Shown: in pieces, positions 54,874-64,000 of the stretch
Numbering within the stretch: the first letter of the stretch is position 1
How the letters are laid out: the number at the start of each line of letters is the position of its first letter
From: Raillietiella orientalis
Lineage: Eukaryota
Direction: 5' to 3'
Length of the DNA: 64,000 nucleotides
Assembly (NCBI GenBank): GCA_036172245.1
Contig: JAYWIR010000024.1
Location: 806,001 to 870,000 of the forward strand
Notes under the pieces: model-generated
Seen by the model: the letters and a program-made list of their open reading frames with translations, nothing else
What the model was told of the DNA's origin: nothing
Databases searched by the model: none
Translations under genes and position numbers: made by a program

Positions 54874-56746
54874 TCGAGGACGAAGAGGGAGAACGAAGGG
54901 ATGCGGGACAGCCCGAGGTTTCTGAGTTGGTCGCCGCTCTCCCGTGCTGTTCGCGGATGCCGACGTAGAGGAATAGGGAGACGAAACGCTGCTTCCTCTC
55001 CCCTCATGAGGGTAGCTTCCAGTCCGGGAACGTTTTGCCGGGCTTCCGACGGCAAAACGTTCGGCTTGCGGGGCACGTCCTTGGGTGAACTCAAGCCGTT
55101 CGCACACTCCTTGCGAACGGGTTCGCCATTCCTGTGGCGCCGCTTTTCCCAGGGGGGAGGGAGGAGACGAGACGAAGGGAATGCTCGACTTCTCGTCGGG
55201 TCATCTCCACGGGGTGACTATTCATACCGACGCGAGGACCTTTATCGTACGCTCTCCATTAACCTCCGCCTCTATAAATTGATTCAAGACATCTCCAGCA
55301 AAAAAAATGATCATCAGCGAGTTCTCACGGCGTGTCATCGCGTCGGCGCGAGGTCTTTTTTCCTGCGTCGCGCAGGGATGACAGATCTTCGCTCGTGAGC
55401 AGGGCGATTTTTCTTATCGATCCAGTGTGCTCGATGGAGACCTTCTAGATGTCCGATGGCCTTGCGTTCTCCCCGGCTGCCTACGGTCTGGGAGCTCTGG
55501 AGTGGGAAGCTGAATTTGATGGGTTGCCGGGTAACGGAGCACGAGGAATCGAGCGGAAGTCCTGCGTCTCTGTCCCCGGAAGAAAAACGACGGCAGCATA
55601 AGCAGCAAAAGACCTGCTCGGACGAGCTTGGAGATGCGCTGCCGCATCTTTTGCTTTCGCATACAGCAGCAGGAGAGGCGGCGAATCTCGGGAATCTCCC
55701 ACCTCCCAGCAAGCTGGCGATCCCAGGGCAAGGAAGAAAACTCCGCGTGGGTGCCTAGGCCAGGAGGGGGAGGAAAGAAGGGGGATGCCCCCGTCGGTTC
55801 TGTCGGGTTTCTTCACAACTGGACTCCGCTCCCGGCAACAACAAATTCGGGCGGCGCGTAATTTTGGTTATCTGCCAGCGGGTTATCTGAGGGAGAAATC
55901 TGCTCCACGGACAACAAAGTATCTCGCAATAAAAAGGTCAGGATCAGAACGAACGGACTAGCTCTTGCAGAACGGACCATGAAAGTTCCCAGATTTCGTG
56001 ATAGTTGTTTCATCCTCCTTGCATTTCATTTCATTTTTTTTTTCTTTCCTCCTCTAATCAAAAGGCAGGAAGCTTTCAGTGGCCGCTCCTGAAACCACGT
56101 GACCAGCAGATAATGCAGCAGCTTCCTTGTTCGATTGGGATCCATCGGAAGAAATTTTTAAAATCCCCCGGAAGAGGCCGGCGATTCGACGAAATGCAAA
56201 GAGGCTGCTGCTTTCGTGTAGTCGAAAGGGAGAGGATATCCGGGACTCGGAGCGCGGCCGCGGGAATCCGCCGCAGACGTGCTCCCTCGTCCCGGGGAGC
56301 CCGGTGCGAAAGGGGTGGTCGAGCTGCAGCGCCGTCATTCCTCGCGAGGACTGACCCGTGGTAGGCTGGGAGGCGAATTTCGAGGGCGAAGGGAATGTTC
56401 CCGGAATCCCGAACCTATCGCCCCCTTCAGGTCACCGAAAGCGGCCCGGAGGTGAAGGGGTGGGGTAGACGGAGAGCGGGAAAGATCCAAGGATCTTCCT
56501 CGGGAAGGTTGCCGGGTAGCGGAGTGCGAGGAATCGGATCCAAAGTCCTGCCTCTCTGTCCTCGGAAGGAAAGAGACAGCAGAAGCAAGACCTTGGAAGG
56601 CTCGCCGTCGGGAAAAGGGAGAAAGGGATGGCGGAAGAGAGACACGTGATGCGGACGACAGGGATCGGTTGCTTGCTTCCACCAGAAACCGCCGAAGGAT
56701 GATGACGGCTCTCGGAGGAGAGCTTTCGGAACCGATCGCATCCTCG

Positions 56747-56766
56747 TGCGCGCGCGCGCGCGCGCA
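56747..56766. repeat. (CG)8-containing 20-bp perfect palindrome
   Basis: TGCGCGCGCGCGCGCGCGCA read directly. Confidence 0.95.
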
Positions 56767-57789
56767 GGTTCCGGGAAACGCGCCTTCCCTCCTCCTACTG
56801 CACGCGAAGCGAACGCTTCTCGGGTTTTCCCGCTGTTGGCGCGCGCGCGACCCGTGCGTGGGTCGCCGGCCCGAAATTTGCATCGCTCCTCGAGCGAGTC
56901 CCGCCGGGCGAGCACGAAGATCGCGTCGGGAGTTTCGAGAGATGTCAAAAAGCTTTCCGGGCGTGCGTTTCGACTTACGTGCCTGCAGGCTCTTGTCTTC
57001 CTGTGGCCTCAATAAATCCAGGAATGAAAATATACTTCTTCCCTTGCGCTGTCACAAATCAGCCTGTTTACCGCTTTTAATTGACGAGAAAATAAGTTAC
57101 CATGGCGGAAATTGATAGCGGCCAGGGGACAAACCCACCCCGCGAAGCCCAAGTTCGGGTCACAGCTGACGGTTTATGCCGTCTTTTGAGCAGCTCAGGA
57201 ATTATTGGAGAAGATAAAAAAGGAAAAAAAAAAAAAAAAACGGCTGGCTTTCGCAGTTTCTTCGCCGGCGTCAACAACTCCTAGGCAGGTGCATTAAGAA
57301 TTCACATCGAGCTCCTCTGCACGGGAGGAGAAGCTGAATCTTTGAATGCAAGGATGAGCAAACAAAAAGGAAAAAAACAAAACGGCGAAAACGGCGTGCA
57401 CGCACCTTCCGCGGGAGTTCTCTCCCCCCCTCCCCTCCCCCCTTCTCTCGGGGATGATTTATTGCCGAACTCGAAGCTTCCATTTTGCGTCGCGCTTCGA
57501 GGGATACCCTGGACGCGAACCCCCGATTCCATTTTTTTCCCGCTCGACCCCAACCCTTCCGTGCTGCTGGCTTCACCAGAAGACTTCAGCAAGCCTTACC
57601 CGTTGGGTGCTCCCTCGACATCGCACGGGAACCCGAGGGGAGGAAGGGAGCGGGAAAGGAACATGCGATTGCTCCTTTTTTTTTTGTTGAGGACCTCTGT
57701 GCATTGGTGGAGGGGGTCTGCTCGCAGGTGATGCCCACAGTCTGGAGCACGCGAAGAGGAGTGCTGCTGCGACCGAGTGGGAAAGGCAG

Positions 57790-58005
57790 CTGAGGGCTTC
57801 TCATCCAGGACTGCGTGTAATTCATCAAGATAGGGGGCAACCCGGGAGGGGACCGCCCTATTAATCCAGGAAAGGCTCTGGAGAAAGGAGTCCGTTCCTC
57901 TCACGCCAGGGGAGGGATCCCCGAAGGAAACCCTCCATCCTGGTTGTCTCCAAAGGGAATCTCCTTCCTTATTCTCTCCAGAGGGATCCCGGAGGGACTC
58001 GCCCC
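57790..58005 (-). mobile_element. Body fragment of the long SINE-like family
   Basis: TCAAGATAGGGGGCAACCCGGGAG..ATCCAGGAAAGGCTC..AAGGGAATCTCCTTCCTTATTCTCTCC matches 10958-11130. Confidence 0.65.
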
Positions 58006-61000
58006 ATTCACTCGCAATTAATGAACGAAATGATGCTGTGGAATTGAGGAACGCCTGGAAAGAATGAGGGAAGAGCATTTCCGCCGTTCCCAGAATGTTT
58101 CATTCTATTGGCTGTGTTTCTCCCTCGTGGTGTAGCAAACTTCGGTTATCCCGCCGGGGAATCTGGTCACTCGAGAAAAAATTCGACCCTGACCCTTCTA
58201 CATTCATGCCATCCAGTTTCTATGCTCGAGCATCCGATTCGAAGAAATCCCCACGAAATGTGACCTGGAACGAAAGGGACCAAACCTCTCTGGAGGCAGA
58301 ACTAGGGGGGGGGGGGGAATGGAGCGTGGAGAACGAGAAAATCAATGCATGAATAAATAAATAAATAAGAGGGGATGTTTCACGGAAGTGATCATGACTC
58401 CTGAGTGCCTGCGTCGGGCAAGGATGGGAAAAGGAGGGGGGGGGGGGGAGGAATAGAGTGCAGTCACTGGAGTCGAACTGGTCTGATCGCAAAGGTCGCA
58501 ACCAGCGATAATCCCACCTCAGCTTCCGCCGTCGATTGGGATACTGATCCCACGCAAAGCCCGGACTCTCTTTGCCCGCGCTTTGCGAACGGGCAAAAGG
58601 TTCTCGGTCAAACCACGGAAGTTCCTGAGGCGCTTCCTTGCATTTCGCATCCCAGCTAGAACCGTGTTTCATCTCAGGGGCGGCCGTGGCTCCTCGCAGC
58701 TCTCTTGGATGGTGGTCGCATCCAATGTTCCATTTTTGCTAACTTCGCCGCTCTCACACGCAGCGGAAGAGGATCGGCACGGAGGAGGCGACTGGTGATC
58801 TCGAAGATGCGTACGTTCATGCGGACAGACCCTTGGGAGACTCTCGAGGGAATCAAAGTGTCCTGCAATGCGCGTCCACCTCTGCCGTGGAGCCTGGAGC
58901 GCGCAAAAAGTACCTGAGGAACGCTGGTCTCCTCCATTCCGCGATAGGAGTGCCGGGAGCCAGACGATTCGCGTACTCGGGTCACAAGGCTATGGAGCTG
59001 GGTCAGGGCATTTTGCCTCGCCCCAGCCTCGAAAGCACTCGAGGCTGGGGCAGAAAGGTGTATGCTTTCGCCTTCTCCCGTATGTAGTGGAGCTCAACGC
59101 GCCCTTCTCTCAGCGCTCCGCATCCCCTATGATTTTCCTTCACGGATGAAAAGCTGAGAGCTTCTGACCAGCTGTAAGTAGAAAAGGGCTACCGATGTCG
59201 ATCCACTTGTGCCAAGCAAGCGACATGTCTTAAACCATGTTGCGGGCCAACGGCCGCGTTCGCTGCTGCAGATTTCTGGTTGCGCATGATGTTCATGAAT
59301 TGCAAAAGACACGATGCAAAAGTCCTTACTCCGTGATATGGATGTGGACAGTGAGGAAGGACTCTTGGAAGGTGGGAAGTGCGAGGAAGAGAAAAGAGGT
59401 AAAGGTAGGATGGTGAGGCGAGATGAGGTTTACTGTACAAAATGAAATCACTCGAGAAAAACTGGATGCGCAGACTGGGAATCTGCAATCAGGAGGAGAT
59501 GAATTATTGCAGCTGAATGATATGGTGGTTTTTTCTGATTATGAGCGAGGTGGAAGGCAAGAAGAGGAGAATGGTGACATCCACTGCTGAAGGATTAGGA
59601 GTCCTAGCAACAACATAGCCACCATAGCAATCCACCAACCATTTTTTCCTCCCCTACAGGATCGTTCCGGATTTATATTATTTGCATCTTGATGTTCACA
59701 GTTTCAGAACAAGAGGCAGGGCTAGACATAGATGAAAGGGCGAAATTTCCACCATAGCAGCCTGATTGTCTCCTTCAGCTCGTTATTACGATGAATTGTA
59801 GTTCTTGCGGGTGTTGTAAGCATGGGAGGTGATCCTTTCGATGTTACCAATATACATCCAGGAAATGCTCGATGTTCCGACACATCCTTTCCTTTCTAAT
59901 GTGCTCCTCCTGTCTCTTCAGAATCTCCAGTTCTCTCATTACCATTCCTTTCGCTGGATCATGAGATCGCAGAGGTCATACGACGATTGCCCTTACTGTC
60001 GAAGGAACTCCTTTGGAGAAAGAAGTGAGAAACCAATCCTGGTATTTGATCTCCTTCTTCGTTACTGTTTCTTCCGGAGCGGTTGATTAACATTCAAGGG
60101 GACAGATGGCCTTCAGCACGATTGCCTTCCCTTCTCCCGGGAGCACTAGGTCTGGCTTTGTCTTCGGGTCTTTCTCCGGAATGGTCTTCGGGTCACCCAC
60201 CCGTTCTCGATGTTTCATGGCGGCCCTATGGATCTGGGCGACCAGTTCATCGTGTCTTTCAGTGACCGTGGTTTCATTCTAGACATGGTGACTGAGGATT
60301 CTCCCTAAACGACGCAGCTCCTGCACCTTAGAGCGGCATTATCGCCATGGGTGATGTCTGCTTTTCATACTGCCTCCCTGACCTGCCTTACATACAACGA
60401 AAGTTCCCAGTCGACAACCTCCATCCTGTCCACGAACTTAAACAGACTCATCCGGAGGAAACATATGGAACCAAGGTCATGATTTCTAGGTGCTCTCTCA
60501 GCAAAAGAAATAAACACATGCAAATTCGCAATAATCATATTTTTCCTTTGAGAGGTCTTTCTACTCGCACCTTTCTTTTGTTCGTTCTTCCACGCCACAT
60601 TAAGAATGCATCTGCAATTCAACTCCCCTGACCTCTCTCTAACCTTAATATGCAACCCACTGTAGGAGCACCACTCAATACAATCCTTCAGGGTAGGGTA
60701 TGTGTGTTGGTTCGTAGTCTTTGCTTACTTACGGTGTATGCATTCGTGGTGATGGTTTATGGTTGGAAATATCCCAGGCAACAAAAACGACCAAAGCGAG
60801 GAAATTTTGGTTAACATCAGGAACAGCACTGAAAAGGCGGTATCCTCGTGCTTCCAGGAATTCTCGAGAAACCCTTAAAATTGGCGTTGGTTTTCCTGAA
60901 ACGGAAAAACGCTTTAGAGTGTCGGGGTGTCCTGTTCCTCAATTCAAAGTTCCGTAAACACGTTTCTGCTCCCAAACTGGCCAAAGGGAATGCCGCATTG

Positions 61001-62699
61001 ACGTTACCGATGGAAACGAAGGGAGGGGGGAAGAAAGGGGAGAGAAATAGATTGCGGATCGAAAAAAAAAAATTACCAACCCTAAAAAAGGTACATTAGA
61101 ATCTCCGTATCCACCAATGGGCCACAAGCAACTCAGCGTAGTTCAGATCTGGCCACCTGACAGTACGACTGTGGTTCATTTCAATCCAGAGTTTCCATAT
61201 CAAATTGCGGCTGCCCTGCTGGATAAAGGAAAATAATTTCTGTTGGTATGTCTCCGACTCGTGCGAAAAACTAAGCTTCACTTGACAGGAGGCAATCTGG
61301 CGACGGCCACGTGCTTTCCGTTGTCACGAGCCCCAGCGGGTACAGCCTGGCAACGTGAAGAGCACACAACTCAGCCAGGGCCGCAAATCCCGAACTCTGG
61401 TCACAAACACGTCGGAGAAATCCCAGCGTTACGCAGGGAAGTTTCAGAATCCCCTGCCACAGGCGCATGCGTGTTTGAAGCAATGCCGCCTCTCTTGTCG
61501 TCGGGTTCCAAAAGAACAAAACCTCCATCCGCTTAGATGAAATGATTAAAGAGGAAGTCTTTTCAGCCTAACAGTCATTCTGTGTGGACACAGAACATAC
61601 GTTTCAAATCGTGGACACCTGCAAAACTGCTCTGCAGCGGTGGGTTGCGTACAGATGATGATACACATGTGCCCACCCTGTGTATCAGAGTTCAAGAAAA
61701 CGGAAAAAAAAAAAAAAAAAGTTTTTTGCTAGCTGCTGTCTTTTCATGATATTTTTGATCGATATTCATTTAATGAGATCTTCATTTTAATCGGCATTCG
61801 AGAATGCCCTGCTGCCCTCGTTATGATGGGATGTGCTTGAATCTCCCTGCATGGAAGCACTGGCGACGTTCTGCTTGTGTTTCAGACGACGGGGGTGGAT
61901 CACCTTGTACGTTTTTTTTTGATCTGAAGAGGAAAATCGCAAGAATCCGATGGAAGATTTATGGCCGTTCACCACTCCACTCAATTACAACTAATCTCGC
62001 CTTCTTTCAGGTTTAGCATTCAAGAAAACAGCCGGCTTTGTGTTGGTCCGATGATGTCAACATGCTCATAACTCACGGAGTATGCCATTCCATTGTATGC
62101 TGAGCGGACATGTGAACACCACTTTTTTGGTCCTCGGATTACCCGCATCCTCCTGTCTTCGATGAGTTCGAAAAGTATCCAGCCCTTTCCCGTGTTTTCC
62201 TGGTAAAAGGCAATCCGTCTGTCGATTCTCGCCCTCCACTCGCGTCCCGGGGAATTCTGAGGCGTAAAGCGGCATCCCAGACCTCGTTTCTGTCGTTTAC
62301 GTCAGCAATTAGCATTCCTGGCTTTCCAAATTTTCCTTTCGTTGATTCAAGAGTGTTCTGCTGTTTCGATGAGTTCGCCCGACTTCGTCTTAAGTAGAAA
62401 GACAGAGTCCGTTGGGATGTGTTGGAAAATGTCTTTGGCATCGTTTGCGTTTCGCAAACAAGGAGAGAGAAAATAAACTTTTGATTCTGCAGATTCCACA
62501 GAGATTCGATTCCCCTGAATCGGATTCGTTCATCTCAAGCGGTGGCTATTTCTGCTAGCTGCGTCACTGGGGAGTGAGAAGAAAAGACATCCGATATTAG
62601 GTTAGGTCAACACCACGGCCAAGCAGACTTCACTGATGCTGGGAATCTGTCCGAATCAGGGTAATCCTGCCCCAGCGTCCTCGATGCCCAGAATTCTCT

Positions 62700-63270
62700 C
62701 CCGAGTAGAGATGTTTGTTGGGGAAATCTCATGGAGGCGTCCAGCCTCCTCATCTGAAGTGTTGGAAGAAATTCTATCAAATATTGTTGGTTTCCGGTAA
62801 CTTGAAAAGGTTAATGGTCCTCGTCACATCATGAATGCTAACGTATTCATGATTCTTTGGAAGACATTCAGAGTCTTTGAACTCCCAACCATCTTTTTCC
62901 TATGTGGTCATCAGAATCAGTTCAGTTCATTTTTTTTATGTGGCTCAGTCAATTAGCAAATCTAGTTCAGCCCGTTTCTGGAAATCTAGGGAACTGAAGA
63001 AACGGATCACAGGGGAATTCGTCATTCTACTTTTACGAGTCACAAGACTAAAGGTTTTCCTACAAATATTCGAAAATCTCGGGTCTCAATTCGCTGCAGC
63101 GTACTCTTGGGTTCTGAACAGATTGCAGCATTCTGAGAGAACCATCTGCGGTTTGCTTAAAGACCGGATAAGTGAACAACTTTCCAAGGCGGTCACCGGC
63201 TTTTCGGACCTTCTGCTTGTCGGCCACAGCGTAAGAATCAGAGACAAAGGGAAAACGCAGCTTCAATAGG
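62700..63270 (+). mobile_element. Possible decayed LINE endonuclease
   Basis: LEDIQSL/NSQPSFSY (D.FR..P..F-like) and GFSDLLLVG (SDH-like); weak. Confidence 0.28.
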
Positions 63271-64000
63271 AAGCATCGCCACAGAATGGTTACGGAATGA
63301 AAAAAAAAAAAAAAATCCCGAGTTCTCGAAATGGATCCTATATGGATGGATCTCGAAATGGAATTGGACTCCAAGAAGCTCTCCATGGACGACGAGCTGC
63401 CCCTGGCAGACAGTTGGTTTCTTCTTTTGAACAGCGAGGGTGCTGGGAATGCTGCAGCTTCCGAGGCCCCCCGTGAAATGCAGTTCGAGTTGCAAGCGAG
63501 GTGTCTGGAAGCATCTCTGGAAACGAAAGCAACTTCACCATGAGGGAACAAGAAGAATTCTCAGCCAATGACGCCAATCAAGCAAGCCACTTGAGTTCGG
63601 ATGCTTACCAAAAGGAAAAACGGATTTTTCTCCTTCCTCGGAAACGAAGTTGTTTCCTTAATAGATACGCAATCATCACCGAGATATTTAGAGCACTCAT
63701 GCCTCATGTGTGGATAATTATGCTTAAAGATCGCACGAAAATGCTTTAGGACTTTGATAGACTGAAGCTGATTTTTCGTCCGTTGATTTGCAATCGAACT
63801 TTTCATTTTCCTCCCGTTGTTCTCTAATTGCGCTTCACTTCTTCTCCTGGGGATTTCAACGGCTATCCGGAACACTCTTCGCTGCTGACTTCAAGAAAGA
63901 AGGAATCCTCCAAACTATTCTCGCAAGTGTTTTTCGTGCTCATTTAAATTCAGTGGAGATGAGGCGCTTTCCGGAGTGTGGGCGCTTGGCATTCTGCTTC

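Overview
Eukaryotic (invertebrate metazoan-like) genomic DNA, not prokaryotic. Most six-frame ORFs are noise from decayed repeats. Two intact spliced genes lie in an AT-rich island and were assembled by hand: WDR5 (+, 18201-19650, 8 coding exons, 331 aa) and a Ctr/SLC31 copper transporter (-, 20296-19652, 4 exons, 172 aa) that the ORF track misses. They are tail-to-tail with a single base between their stop codons, and 9 of their 10 coding-region introns are only 37-48 nt. The rest is a transposon graveyard. It holds about 9 copies of an L1/Tx1-type LINE group (five with clear 10-15 bp TSDs) ending in AATAAA plus a conserved stem-loop and a short tail that is mostly not poly(A), and a long (~860 bp) SINE-like family with a tRNA-His-like head. 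It also holds mariner and Ty3/Gypsy remnants, several older L1 relics, a decayed Delta-like EGF-repeat pseudogene, and a perfect double hairpin with weak HDV-ribozyme-like context. All alignments were done by eye; family assignments rest on recalled motifs, not database searches.
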